Shown here piece by piece: positions 27,176 through 37,343 of a stretch of 64,000 bases of DNA. Positions within the stretch are counted from its first letter, which is position 1. Each line of letters starts with the position of its first letter. The notes beneath the pieces were generated by a model, which was not told where the DNA came from, made no database searches, and worked only from the letters and a program-made list of their open reading frames with translations. The stretch spans positions 320,001 to 384,000 of the forward strand of contig CAVPCR010000005.1 in the NCBI GenBank assembly GCA_963702435.1, in the 5' to 3' direction. The position numbers and the translations under genes were made by a program. The DNA is from Candidatus Eiseniibacteriota bacterium (GTDB lineage: Bacteria > Eisenbacteria > RBG-16-71-46 > CAVPCR01).

Positions 27176-30100
27176 ATGATCGGAACCCGGCTCGAGCCGC
27201 GGTCGCTCAACAAGCATTGGTCTGTTCTCGCCTCGTGCCTGCTCGTGCTCGCCGCGCTGGCGGCCCTGCTCGAGCCGTCGCCGGCCGCCGCCTACGAGAA
27301 GCGGCTGATCTGCGGCAGCCCCTTCGCGAGCTACACCGACTGGCGCCAACACGTCTTCGTCGACGACGTCGCCTACACCGCCCAGAACGGCGCCGGATTC
27401 ATCGGCGGGTGGGACGCCCCCGACAGCACCTTCAAGCCGATCGGCGGCACGGTGGACGAGCAGCTCTATAAGTGGTACCGGGGCAGCAACGTCGGCGAAC
27501 CCCTCGAGTACCGCTTCACTGTCCCGAACGGCACCTACGTCGTCCGCCTGCACTTCGCCGACACGGTCAATCACGGCCCCGGCCTCGGCATCTTCAACGT
27601 CGCGATCGAAGGCCAGACGGACCTCAGCAACTTCGACATCTACGAGCAGGTCCGGGATCACTATGCAGTGCTCTACAGCTTTCAGCGAACGGTGACCGAC
27701 GGGCAGCTCAACATCGTCTTCACCGCGGTCCGCCGCCTCGTGCAGATCAGAGCCATCGAGGTGTGGAGCGCCGCGCCGGATGCGGTTCCCCCCGTGGTGC
27801 CGGCGGGCCTCGCCGTCAGCGGCAGCTACGGGCGCATCCTCCTCGACTGGACCGACAACGCCGAGGACGACATCGCCGGCTACCACGTCGAGCGCTCGGA
27901 TAGCCCGACCGGCCCCTGGCAGCGCAAGACGACGAGCCTCTGCCGGCGCTCGCGCTTCGAGGACACGACAGCACTGCAGAGCTTCCCCTATCACTACCGC
28001 GTGATCGCGGCGGATGTCTGGGGTAACGAGAGCCCGGCGAGCGCCGCGCTCCCGGGGATGCGCCGGACCGACGCGGAAACCGATCTCCCCATCTACGGGA
28101 TCACGATCTCCCCGAGCGTGTGGGAGACCCTGAACCTGAACGTCGGGCTCGACACCTACTATCCCGCGACCTTCACCTACAACGGCCAGACCTGGAACAA
28201 CGTCGGCGTCCGCTACCGGGGCAACACCTCTCGCGACGTCTCGAAGAAGTCCTGGAAGATCAAGTTCAACAAGTTCGTCCCCAACCAGGAGTTCCTCGAC
28301 GGGCAGAACGAGCTCAACCTCGACTCCACCTTCGGCGAGCGCACGATTCTCCGCGAGAAGCTGGCCTCCGACTACTGCGAGCTGGTGGACGTGCCCGATT
28401 TCGACTCGCGGCACGTCCAGCTCCGGGTGAACGGCGAGTACTTCGGCGTCTACGTCACGCCCGAGAACGTGGACAAGCGCTGGCTCCGGAAGCACGGCTT
28501 CGACGACAGCGGCAGCCTGTACAAGGCCGAGCTCAACGCCTACATGCAGGTCATGCCCGACACCGCCGCCTACATGGCGGCCTACTCGAAGCAGACCAAC
28601 GAGGCGACCGGTTACGCCGATCTCATCCAGTTCATCGAGCTCGTCAACAACACGCCTGCGAACCAGATCTACCACGTACTTTCGGGCGGGCAGATCCGCT
28701 TCGACATCGAATCGTTCATCAACTACAACGCGGCCATGGTCGCGCTCTCGACCGACAGCTTCTTCGGCCGGAACTACTTCCTCTACCACGATCTCCTCAC
28801 CAACACGTGGACCTACCTGCCCGACGACCTGGACTCGACGTTCGGGCACTCCGGCATCTTCGACCAAAAGGTCACTCCCAACCTCAACCCGCTCCACGGC
28901 TTCGGCAACATCCTGATCGGGAAGCTGCAGCAGTCTCCGCACGTCAAGCGCCGGATCTTCGAGCGCGTGCTCGAGATGGCGGCTGAGGAATTGACGCTCG
29001 ACCGGATGACCCCGGTCGTCGATTCGACCTTTGCCCTCATGCAGGTGGATGCGCAGCTCGACTGGCGGAAGTGGGGCTGGGAGGATCCGGCGTGGACCGA
29101 CGGCGGCGCCAACGAGATCAAAGGCTACATCGCGCTCCGGCAGAGCTTCCTGCAGACGGAGGTGTTCGGCAACCCGACCTACATGCCGCCGCAGACCCTC
29201 TTCCTGAACGAGATCATGGCCGACAACGACTCGGTCCTCGCCGACGAGATGGGCGAGTACGAGGACTGGATCGAGATCGTGAACCTCGGCGCCGTGCCGG
29301 TCGCCCTCGGCGGCTACCATCTGAGCGACGACATCGCGCAGCCCACCAAGTGGGCCATCCCCGACACGACCCTCGCCCCGGGCGGCCACATCATCTTCTG
29401 GTGCGACATGGAGCCGCTCGAGGGGCCGACGCACACGAACTTCCGTCTCGAGAAGACCGGCGAGTGGGTCGGGCTCTTCGGGCGAGCTGCCGACGGCCGG
29501 CCGCCCATCGACTCGAAGAGCTTCGGCCGGCAGATCAAGGACGTCTCCTACGGGCGCTTGCCCGACGGCGGTTACGACTGGGATCTCATGGGGACGCCGA
29601 CGCCCGCGGCGCCGAACCTGGTGGACACGAACCTGCCGCCGGCCATCACGAGCGTGGATCACCTGCCGGCCGTCCCGTCGCTCAACGTGGCGGTGCGCGT
29701 CACCGCCCGCATCGAGGACGCGACCGGCGTCGCCGCCGCCAAGGTCTTCTATCGGCCGGGCGCGACCTTCCTCGAACAGCCGATGTTCGACGACGGCACG
29801 GGCGGCGATGTGACCGCGGGGGACCACATCTACACGGCGATCCTGCCCGGGCAGCCGGCGCCGGGCGTCGTCAACTACTACATCTGGGCCGTGGACACGG
29901 GCGGCTGGGACTACACCGATCCGCGGGACGCCCCGATCGACACCCACGCCTACACCGTGGCCTACATGCCGCCTGATCTCTACGTGAACGAGTTCCTGGC
30001 GCAGAACAACACCGGGATCATGGACGAGTTCGGGCAGCGGGAGGACTGGGTCGAGATCTACAACGGCGGGCAGAATCCGGTCTCGCTGGGCGGGCTCTGC

Positions 30101-30742
30101 CTCTCCGACGCTCTCGCCGTTCCCAACAAGTTCACCTTCCCGGATACGACCATCGCTCCCGGCGCCTTCCTCCTCGTCTGGTGCGACAACGACCCCGAGC
30201 AGGGGCCGCTCCACGCCGACTTCCGCCTCTCCGCGGCCGGCGAGCAGGTGGGGCTCTTCGCGGGCGCGATCGCGGGCTTCGCGGTGATCGACTCGGTGAG
30301 CTTCCGGGCGCAGCGGCCGGATATCTCCCGCGGCCGGTTGCCCGACGGCGGACCGGACTGGTACGACTTCACCGCGCCGACGCCGCGCGAGCCCAATTCG
30401 CTGGGGAGCGGCGTCGAACCGGCGGCGCCGGCCCCCCCGCGCGAGCTCCTGCTCGGCCCCGGGCGCCCGAATCCGACCTCCGGACTCGCGACCATCCCGT
30501 TCGCCCTCCCCGCGGCCGGGCGCGTGCGCCTCACGGTCTACGACCCGAGCGGTCGCGCGGTGGCCGAGCTCGTCGACGAGGTCATGGCCGCCGGGACCTA
30601 CGAGGTGGCGTGGGACGGCCGGCGGCGGGCGGCGGCGGACGGCGCGAGCGGCGGCGGCGCACCGGCTCCGGCGGGCGTGTACTTCTTCAAGCTCCGCTTC
30701 GGCAGCGAGACCCGCACCGGGAAGATCGCCCTTCTGCACTAG
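27176..30742 (+). CDS. Secreted malectin-like + FN3 + CotH kinase + 2x lamin-tail domain protein with FlgD-Ig CTD
   Basis: VRLHFAD...FNVAIEG (malectin-like); VGVRYRGNTS...KKSWKIKF and PDDLDSTFG (CotH); LNEIMADN / VNEFLAQN with DWIE/DWVE (LTD); PNP...WDGR...GVYF. Confidence 0.88.
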   Translation: MIGTRLEPRSLNKHWSVLASCLLVLAALAALLEPSPAAAYEKRLICGSPFASYTDWRQHVFVDDVAYTAQNGAGFIGGWDAPDSTFKPIGGTVDEQLYKWYRGSNVGEPLEYRFTVPNGTYVVRLHFADTVNHGPGLGIFNVAIEGQTDLSNFDIYEQVRDHYAVLYSFQRTVTDGQLNIVFTAVRRLVQIRAIEVWSAAPDAVPPVVPAGLAVSGSYGRILLDWTDNAEDDIAGYHVERSDSPTGPWQRKTTSLCRRSRFEDTTALQSFPYHYRVIAADVWGNESPASAALPGMRRTDAETDLPIYGITISPSVWETLNLNVGLDTYYPATFTYNGQTWNNVGVRYRGNTSRDVSKKSWKIKFNKFVPNQEFLDGQNELNLDSTFGERTILREKLASDYCELVDVPDFDSRHVQLRVNGEYFGVYVTPENVDKRWLRKHGFDDSGSLYKAELNAYMQVMPDTAAYMAAYSKQTNEATGYADLIQFIELVNNTPANQIYHVLSGGQIRFDIESFINYNAAMVALSTDSFFGRNYFLYHDLLTNTWTYLPDDLDSTFGHSGIFDQKVTPNLNPLHGFGNILIGKLQQSPHVKRRIFERVLEMAAEELTLDRMTPVVDSTFALMQVDAQLDWRKWGWEDPAWTDGGANEIKGYIALRQSFLQTEVFGNPTYMPPQTLFLNEIMADNDSVLADEMGEYEDWIEIVNLGAVPVALGGYHLSDDIAQPTKWAIPDTTLAPGGHIIFWCDMEPLEGPTHTNFRLEKTGEWVGLFGRAADGRPPIDSKSFGRQIKDVSYGRLPDGGYDWDLMGTPTPAAPNLVDTNLPPAITSVDHLPAVPSLNVAVRVTARIEDATGVAAAKVFYRPGATFLEQPMFDDGTGGDVTAGDHIYTAILPGQPAPGVVNYYIWAVDTGGWDYTDPRDAPIDTHAYTVAYMPPDLYVNEFLAQNNTGIMDEFGQREDWVEIYNGGQNPVSLGGLCLSDALAVPNKFTFPDTTIAPGAFLLVWCDNDPEQGPLHADFRLSAAGEQVGLFAGAIAGFAVIDSVSFRAQRPDISRGRLPDGGPDWYDFTAPTPREPNSLGSGVEPAAPAPPRELLLGPGRPNPTSGLATIPFALPAAGRVRLTVYDPSGRAVAELVDEVMAAGTYEVAWDGRRRAAADGASGGGAPAPAGVYFFKLRFGSETRTGKIALLH

Positions 30743-30847
30743 CGAGAATCAGGCGGGAATCCGGGTCGGCTTGCCGGAGGAACGTCCCTCCTGGTACAAT
30801 CCTTAGTCGTTTGGTCGCCGCTGCGTGCGCGACGAGGACTATCACAC

Positions 30848-31660
30848 GTGTCCCAGCTCCCGAGCCTCTCGGTCATCTTTCCCGCCTACAACGACGCCGG
30901 CACCATCGCGAGCATGGTCGTGACCGCGATGGCCACGGCGCGCCGTCTGGCGCCCGACTACGAGGTCGTGGTCGTCAACGACGCGAGCCGCGATCACACG
31001 GGCCAGGTCCTGGCCGAGCTCACGCAGCTCTACCCCGATCGCCTCAAGGTCATCACCCACCCGCAGAACCGCGGCTACGGGGGCGCCATCCGCTCCGGGT
31101 TCACGAACGCGACCAAGGAGTGGATCTTCTACACGGACGGCGATGCCCAGTACGACGCGCGCGAGATCGCAGACCTCGCGGCGGTCGTCGATGCGACGAC
31201 CGACATGGTCAACGGCTACAAGATCACGCGCCAGGACCCTTTCCACCGCGTGGTCGTCGGCGAGATCTACCGGGTGGGGGTCAGGTTCCTCTTCGGGCTC
31301 GGGATCCGCGACGTGGACTGCGATTTCCGGCTGATGCACCGCTCCATCTTCGAGCACGTCGAGCTCACGTCCACGAGCGGCACGATCACGCTCGAGCTCG
31401 TGAAGAAGATCGAGTCCGCCGGCTTCCGCATCAAGGAAGTCCCCGTGCATCACTTCTTCCGCGCCTACGGCACGTCCCAGTTCTTCAACTTCCGGCGTGT
31501 CGGGCGCACGCTCGTGGATCTGACCAAGTGGTGGTGGCGGCTGGTCGGCCAGCCGGCGCTTCAGGGCGGGGGGAGGATCCCCGGCGTCACGCCGGCCACG
31601 GCCGCCACGCGGGCCGCCTTCGCCGAACGTTGGGCCGCCAGACTCAAGGCGAGCGCCTAG
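30848..31660 (+). CDS. GT2 glycosyltransferase (polyprenol-phosphate glycosyltransferase-like)
   Basis: SVIFPAYND, VVNDASRD, NRGYGGA, TDGDAQY and DVDCDFRL motifs. Confidence 0.92.
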   Translation: MSQLPSLSVIFPAYNDAGTIASMVVTAMATARRLAPDYEVVVVNDASRDHTGQVLAELTQLYPDRLKVITHPQNRGYGGAIRSGFTNATKEWIFYTDGDAQYDAREIADLAAVVDATTDMVNGYKITRQDPFHRVVVGEIYRVGVRFLFGLGIRDVDCDFRLMHRSIFEHVELTSTSGTITLELVKKIESAGFRIKEVPVHHFFRAYGTSQFFNFRRVGRTLVDLTKWWWRLVGQPALQGGGRIPGVTPATAATRAAFAERWAARLKASA

Positions 31661-31725
31661 CGGACGGCGCGGATCGGCGGGGCCGGCGCACCGACAGCAG
31701 GTCGAACCCTCGCACTCCTCGAACC

Positions 31726-32742
31726 ATGGCGCATCCGAACGACAGTTACCTGAGCGCCTACGCGGGACGAACCGTCCTCGTGACCGGCGGCCTGGGCTTC
31801 ATCGGCTCGAACCTGGCGCACCATCTCGCCGCGTGTCCGGGGACCCGCCTCCTCCTCGTCGATTGCCTGGTCCCCGACTGCGGCGGCAACCCCTTCAACA
31901 TCGAGGGCCTCGCCGGCCGGGTCGAGGTGCACCACGCCGACATCGGGGACGCGAAGGCCATGGCCCCGCTCCTCGCCGGGGTCGATTACGTCTTCAACCT
32001 CGCCGGGAACGTGAGCCACATCGACTCGATGCGGGATCCGCTCCTCGACCTGAAGCTGAACGCGGCCGACCATGTCTCCCTGCTCGAGACCTGCCGCCGG
32101 GTCGCGCCTGACGCCCGCATCATCTACTCCTCCACCCGTCAGGTGTACGGCCGCCCCGATTACCTGCCGGTGGACGAGAAGCATCCGGTGCGTCCCGTCG
32201 ACGTGAACGGGGTGAGCAAGCTCGCCGGGGAGCACTTCCATCTCGTCTACCATCAGGTCCACCACCTGCGCTCGGTCATCCTGCGGCTCACGAACACGTA
32301 CGGCCCGCGGCAGCTCGTCCGCCACTCCCGGCAGGGCTTCATCGGCTGGTTCGTGCGCCTGATCGTGGACGGCGGAGAGGTGAAGCTCTACGGCGACGGC
32401 ATGCAGCTCCGCGACCTCGCCTACGTGGACGACGTGGTCGAGGGATTGCTGCGCGCCGGGGCCGTCGAGGACGCCTACGGGCAGGTGCTCAACCTGGGTG
32501 GGAGCGAGCCGACGCCGCTCCTCACCATCACGAGGCTGCTCATCGCGGCGGCCGGCACCGGCAGCGTGACGCTCGTGCCGTGGCCGCCCGAGAAGCAGGC
32601 GATCGACATCGGGAGCTGCTACTGCGACTACGGCGCGGCGACGCGCCTCATCGGCTGGCGGCCGCGCACCGAGCTCGCCGCCGGGCTCGGCGCCATGGTC
32701 GCCTACTACCGGGAGCACCGCGCCCACTACTGGGGCGACTGA
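31726..32742 (+). CDS. NAD-dependent nucleotide-sugar epimerase/dehydratase
   Basis: VTGGLGFIGS, STRQVYG, NGVSK, LRLTNTYGP and RDLAYVDD motifs. Confidence 0.92.
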   Translation: MAHPNDSYLSAYAGRTVLVTGGLGFIGSNLAHHLAACPGTRLLLVDCLVPDCGGNPFNIEGLAGRVEVHHADIGDAKAMAPLLAGVDYVFNLAGNVSHIDSMRDPLLDLKLNAADHVSLLETCRRVAPDARIIYSSTRQVYGRPDYLPVDEKHPVRPVDVNGVSKLAGEHFHLVYHQVHHLRSVILRLTNTYGPRQLVRHSRQGFIGWFVRLIVDGGEVKLYGDGMQLRDLAYVDDVVEGLLRAGAVEDAYGQVLNLGGSEPTPLLTITRLLIAAAGTGSVTLVPWPPEKQAIDIGSCYCDYGAATRLIGWRPRTELAAGLGAMVAYYREHRAHYWGD

Positions 32743-32789
32743 CGCCGCGCCGGGGAAGGAGCCGCGGCCTCACCCCTGGTCCGCCGGCC

Positions 32790-33608
32790 TCACACTTCAT
32801 CCACGGTGACGGACGGCACCCGGCTCTCGGCGGCGAAGACGATGCACAGCCGATTCGGCGCGCAGCAGACCTGGCAATCCTCGATCAGATCCTGTTCCCC
32901 ACCACCGGCCGGATCCACCGGCACCGTGTTCGACTCGCCGCAGTGCCGGCAGGTGTAGGTGGCCGCATCGCAGAGGGCCGCCGGCCGGCGGCCCCGGCGG
33001 CGTTCCATGCGGCGCTCGCGCCGGGCCACGATCGCTCGCACGACGAGCCCGCTCGTCGGGTGGAGATGCCCGCGTCCGAGGAGCGCCGCCAGGGAGTCGA
33101 GCGGCAGGAAGCTGCTCCAGGCGGCGGGGTCGGGGGGTAGGGCGGCGGGACCGGGCACCTCGGCGACCGGATCGGGGACCTCGGCGACCGGGCCCTCCGC
33201 CGGCGTGTCGGCCACCGCGCAGCGGAACACCCAGGTCCGGGTCCGTTCCGCGGCGGCCTCCTGGTCGATCGCGCAGAGGAGCACCGGATCCGCGCCGGCC
33301 GCCTCCCCTGCTTCTTCCACCAGGCGGCGGGCCGCCGCCTCCGGAGTCGCGCCGCGATCGAGGAGACCGTCCAGGCACGCCGCGAGCGATCCGGATCCCG
33401 AAGCCTCCCCCACCCCGGCAGCCTCTCCCGCCCGCGGAGCAGGGCGGACGCGGATCTCGCCGGCGTGGTTCACGAGGAGGACCGCGATGCGCGTCCTCCC
33501 CCCCTCGCCGGGCCCGCGCGGATTCCTGCGCCGGGCCTCTGATTCCCGCGCGCGGCCGACAGCGCGACCTTCTGCGTCGCTGACCTCAACCCAGCCGGAA
33601 CGCGGCAC
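32790..33608 (-). CDS. Degenerate NUDIX-like domain fused to CPXCG-type Cys-rich domain
   Basis: AVLLVNHAGEI and TPEAAARRLVEEAG (Nudix-box-like); C-terminal CRHCGE...EDCQVCCAPN. Confidence 0.6.
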   Translation of the reverse strand: MPRSGWVEVSDAEGRAVGRARESEARRRNPRGPGEGGRTRIAVLLVNHAGEIRVRPAPRAGEAAGVGEASGSGSLAACLDGLLDRGATPEAAARRLVEEAGEAAGADPVLLCAIDQEAAAERTRTWVFRCAVADTPAEGPVAEVPDPVAEVPGPAALPPDPAAWSSFLPLDSLAALLGRGHLHPTSGLVVRAIVARRERRMERRRGRRPAALCDAATYTCRHCGESNTVPVDPAGGGEQDLIEDCQVCCAPNRLCIVFAAESRVPSVTVDEV

Positions 33609-33646
33609 AGCTCGCCATCACCGATCGACTGCCGATGCCGCGACCG

Positions 33647-34534
33647 TCAGGGACGGTTCGGCAAGGGCCGGCGCTCGAGGGTCCCGCTCCGCACGAGGTC
33701 GCCGTTCTGCGGCCGCCCGTCGAGCCCCCGGCTCTCGCCGGGTGCCCGCGGCGCGGAGCTCGCTCCCGGCTCCCCGGGGCGCTCCTCGCGACTGCGATCA
33801 TCGCGACCGCGCCCCTCGCGACTGCGATCATCGCGACCGCGGTCCTCGCCGCCGCGGCCCTCCGGCGGGCGCGGGGCCCGGAGGTCGCGCCGGAGATCAC
33901 CCTCCCGCGGCCGGCTCTCCCCGTCGCGTGATCGCAGGTCGCCGCGCCGCCCGGAGGAGCCGCCGGTCGGCCCCAGCGGCCGGCGCGGCTCGCCCGAGCG
34001 GTTCTCGCCGCTGCGGATCTCGCCGCTGCGGATCTCGCCGGATCGTCCGTTGGGCACCGACTGGAGGCCGCGCCCGCGCGAGCGGTCCTGCCCTCGGCGG
34101 CCGCCCAGCTCGTCGCCGGCACCGCCCCGCTCGCCCAGCCCGCGCTGGATGCCCGAGACCACGAGGGCGATCCCGAAGAAGAGAAGGAGCGCGCCCGACA
34201 GCCCACGCAGAGAACCGAGCACCGTGCGGTAGACCTCGAACACCCAGGCCTCGGTCGTGACCGGCGCCGGGAAAGCGGCCAGGGTGGGCGGGGATGTCTG
34301 CACCGGCACATTGCCCGGCGCCTGCACGTAGCGTTCGAGGGTCCACAGGGAGACACCGGACGAGATGCCGACCACGAGGAGTGCGAAGCTCACATAGCGG
34401 CGCCAGGCCGCGGCCACCGGGTCGGCCACGATACGGCCGAGAATGCCGGAGATCGACCCGCGGAAGAACAGGATGACGAGCGTGGTGGTGGCGACCGCCA
34501 CGACCAGGCTCACGAGCATGAGCAGGAGGAACAA
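33647..34534 (-). CDS. Hypothetical 3-TM protein with long Arg/Gly/Asp-rich disordered tail
   Basis: Hydrophobic N-terminal segments; tail repeats RSGEI and GRDDRSRE (30-bp duplication at ~33784-33841). Confidence 0.7.
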   Translation of the reverse strand: MFLLLMLVSLVVAVATTTLVILFFRGSISGILGRIVADPVAAAWRRYVSFALLVVGISSGVSLWTLERYVQAPGNVPVQTSPPTLAAFPAPVTTEAWVFEVYRTVLGSLRGLSGALLLFFGIALVVSGIQRGLGERGGAGDELGGRRGQDRSRGRGLQSVPNGRSGEIRSGEIRSGENRSGEPRRPLGPTGGSSGRRGDLRSRDGESRPREGDLRRDLRAPRPPEGRGGEDRGRDDRSREGRGRDDRSREERPGEPGASSAPRAPGESRGLDGRPQNGDLVRSGTLERRPLPNRP

Positions 34535-34982
34535 GCTAGCCTCCTTGGGCTTGGAGATCCTGACTCGAGGATCCCGACCTCAAGAGGTCCCGATGGACGG
34601 CGTGCTCCGGCGCCGCCATCTGCGGCGCACGGCGGGCGACCTGGTCGCCTGGCACGGACAGGACCTCGGTTGTTCTGCTGCACCCAGCGGGGTGCACGCT
34701 GATTCTTGCGGCGCACCGCGTGCCCCGGGGGGGCACCGCTGCGCTCCGCGAAGGGAGAGGCCGGCCCGCGGGCAGGGCCTCCCCGAACGGCGACCGGCCG
34801 GACGGGGCGTTCCGGCCATCCTGATCTACCAGCGAGAACCGGCGGGAGCAAGCAAAAACTCGCTCCGGGACCGGGGCGTCCGGGGATCGCCCGCGCCGCC
34901 CGGCCCGGCTGCTGCCCGGGACTGCCGCCCGGGGCTGCCGCCGCAGGTGGCCGGCCGCCCGCGGCCAGGGCCCCGGCCTGCG

Positions 34983-36623
34983 CTAGAAACGACTGATCAG
35001 CTTGAGCTCGGCGCCGTCGAAAGCCGGCTCGAAGCGGCAGACCCCGCCGACGCAGACGAAGCCCGCATTCCGCGAGCCGACGAACAGCGTAAGCTCGTGC
35101 TGATCGAAGAGCGTGTACGCGATCTCGCCGCCCAGGAAGAAGGTGTCGTCTTCGCCTTGCAGGGCGAGCTGCACGTCCGACTTGTTGGTGCTCTCGATGA
35201 GCATGGAGACGCTCAGGTTCGGGCTCCGGCTGCCTTCGATCACGATGAACTCGGTGTCGTAGCTGCCCAGCCGATCCGAGCTCGCGTGCTGGTGCTCGTA
35301 CTGAAGATGCAGTCCGTAACGCTCCCCCAGTGGACGCCGGTAGTCGGCGAGCGGCGTCCACAGGGTGAGCAGCGGATCGGGCGTCTCCGGCGAGTCGAAG
35401 CTCCGCTGGTAGGACAGTCCGCCGACGAGGAGCGCGTCGCTCGCGAACTCCTGCGAGATCTCGCCGTAAACGTCGTCGAAGTGATTCCCCTGCTGCACAT
35501 CGGGATCGTGGTTCCGGGTGTAGGCCCAGTTGAACAGGAACGAGGTCTTGCCCTGCTCGAGGACGGCGTCCGTATGGTAGGTGGCCTCGATCTGGAAGCC
35601 CACTTCGTCCCGCGTGTCGAGCTGGTGCGGATGGCGGTTCAAGAGGTTGTACTGGTGCTCGCGGAGCCCGGCCGGCGGCAGGATGTAGGCGATACCGGCC
35701 GCGTTGTCGAACACCAGTCGGTCGTAGTCCTTGTACTCGCCGAGTAGACCGAGCCGCCCGATGGCGGTGGTCGCCACGGCGTAGAACCCGGTCCCGTGCA
35801 CGTTCGGCTCCGCGCTCCCGGAGCTCGTCGCCGGGCCGTCCACGCGGGCGAACTCGGCGTAGAGATCGACGTCCTGGACCGTGCTGGAGAGGCGGGCCGC
35901 CTTCATGTTCTGCGGCTCGCTGGTCGTCGTGCCCTGGCTCGGCACGTCGGTCGTGACCCAGCTCCCGCCGGCGCGGAAACCCAGGGGTAGACCGTACTCG
36001 AGATCGAGTCCGGTCATTTCCTCGGTCCACCCGCGGTCGGCGTCCTCGGCGTTGCCCTTCACCGTGGGCCCGAAGATCCCGGTCAGCTCACCATCGGGCA
36101 GATGCACGGCGCCCCTGAACCCGAAGAGATTGGTGTCGACCCGGAGCTGGCGGTTCTCGTAGGAGCGGAGCGCGAGCCCGCGCCCGAAGAGCGCGTAGAA
36201 GTTGCCGGCGCGGGCGTCGAAGTACTTGCCGAGGTACTCGCCGAAGCCGAAATCGAATCCGTAGCTGTCAGGCCCGTCGGGGTAGATCACCGGATCGGGC
36301 GGGGCGAAGGCCACGAAGCGGAGGCCCATGTTGAAACCGCCGCTCGTGCCGGTGAGATCGAGCCAGTTCTCGAAGATGGGCTGCGCGTCGCTGGTGCCGC
36401 CCCCGATTTTGGACTCCCCGTAGGAGACCTCCATCTGGTAGGTGGCGCTGAAGCCGCCGGGCAGATCGAGCTGTTGGGCGCCCGCAGGGTTCGCGACTGC
36501 GGCCGCGAGCCCGGCGGCGATGGCCAGCGCGGCGGGCGGGGCGGGCGCGACACTCCGCGCCCGCCCTGCAGTCCGCCGACTCGATGTTGCTCCCCGAACC
36601 GTCTCTGGTCGGGCCCGGCTCAT
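34983..36623 (-). CDS. DUF6029-like outer-membrane beta-barrel protein
   Basis: GNFYALFGRGLALRSYE and C-terminal GFVCVGGVCRFEPAFDGAELKLISRF ending in F; ATGA overlap with the upstream gene. Confidence 0.7.
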   Translation of the reverse strand: MSRARPETVRGATSSRRTAGRARSVAPAPPAALAIAAGLAAAVANPAGAQQLDLPGGFSATYQMEVSYGESKIGGGTSDAQPIFENWLDLTGTSGGFNMGLRFVAFAPPDPVIYPDGPDSYGFDFGFGEYLGKYFDARAGNFYALFGRGLALRSYENRQLRVDTNLFGFRGAVHLPDGELTGIFGPTVKGNAEDADRGWTEEMTGLDLEYGLPLGFRAGGSWVTTDVPSQGTTTSEPQNMKAARLSSTVQDVDLYAEFARVDGPATSSGSAEPNVHGTGFYAVATTAIGRLGLLGEYKDYDRLVFDNAAGIAYILPPAGLREHQYNLLNRHPHQLDTRDEVGFQIEATYHTDAVLEQGKTSFLFNWAYTRNHDPDVQQGNHFDDVYGEISQEFASDALLVGGLSYQRSFDSPETPDPLLTLWTPLADYRRPLGERYGLHLQYEHQHASSDRLGSYDTEFIVIEGSRSPNLSVSMLIESTNKSDVQLALQGEDDTFFLGGEIAYTLFDQHELTLFVGSRNAGFVCVGGVCRFEPAFDGAELKLISRF

Positions 36624-37213
36624 TCGCCGCCACCCGGGGCGCCGGGCTCGGGTGCGGTGCCGCCGGCTCCCGCCTTGGCACCGGCGAAGAGCTCGCCGAG
36701 CACGCGGTCCACTTCCTTCTCGTCCCCCTCGCGATAGCCGGAGTGCGTGTACACCCGCTCCCCGGCCTGCGAGATGATGACCAGGTAGGGCACGTTCACG
36801 CCCTGGAGCGAGCGGAGCGTCCGCTGGTTCGGATCGAGGAGCACCTGGAACCCGTAGTCGTGCGTCTTGATGTACGACTTGACCTTGGACACGCTGCGGG
36901 TCTCGTCGATCGAGATGGCGACGACCTGGAGATTCTCCGCCGCGTACTTGACGCGCAGCGAGTCGACCTTCGGTAGCTCGCGCAGGCAGGGCTTGCACCA
37001 CGTGGCCCAGAAATCGATGAGGACCGGCCCCTTGGCGCGGATATCGTTCAGGGACACGTCCTTGCCATCGAGATCCTTGAGCACGAAGTTGGCGACTTCC
37101 GCCTCCTCGGCGCTCGTCGCCGCCGGAGCCGTGATCATGACCGCGGCGACGGCCGCGAGGAGCACGAGACCCAGCGGTCGCCGCCATGTCCGTCCGGCGG
37201 CGTTCTTCACCAT
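36620..37213 (-). CDS. TlpA-family thiol:disulfide reductase
   Basis: FVLKDLDG, DFWATWCKPC and cis-Pro loop VNVPY; signal anchor. Confidence 0.92.
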   Translation of the reverse strand: MVKNAAGRTWRRPLGLVLLAAVAAVMITAPAATSAEEAEVANFVLKDLDGKDVSLNDIRAKGPVLIDFWATWCKPCLRELPKVDSLRVKYAAENLQVVAISIDETRSVSKVKSYIKTHDYGFQVLLDPNQRTLRSLQGVNVPYLVIISQAGERVYTHSGYREGDEKEVDRVLGELFAGAKAGAGGTAPEPGAPGGGE

Positions 37214-37343
37214 CGACCGCAGAAATCCACCCCCGAGCCGGGGGTCCCGGTTCTTACCCACGTTCGTCCTCCCTGGATTCGACGGATTCGGCCGCTGCAT
37301 CGAATGGACTCCGGTGTTCGCTGCACTCGGGCGCCCGGGAGCG

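Noticed and set aside
27149..30739. 1196-aa antisense ORF (and similar long shadow ORFs such as 19248-21740, 40763-43501, 16302-18653)
   Set aside because: Antisense shadows of well-supported genes, expected at very high GC; no recognisable motifs.
34535..34982. Small gene or RNA in the 450-nt spacer
   Set aside because: Only short GC hairpins and ORFs without motifs; nothing I can support.
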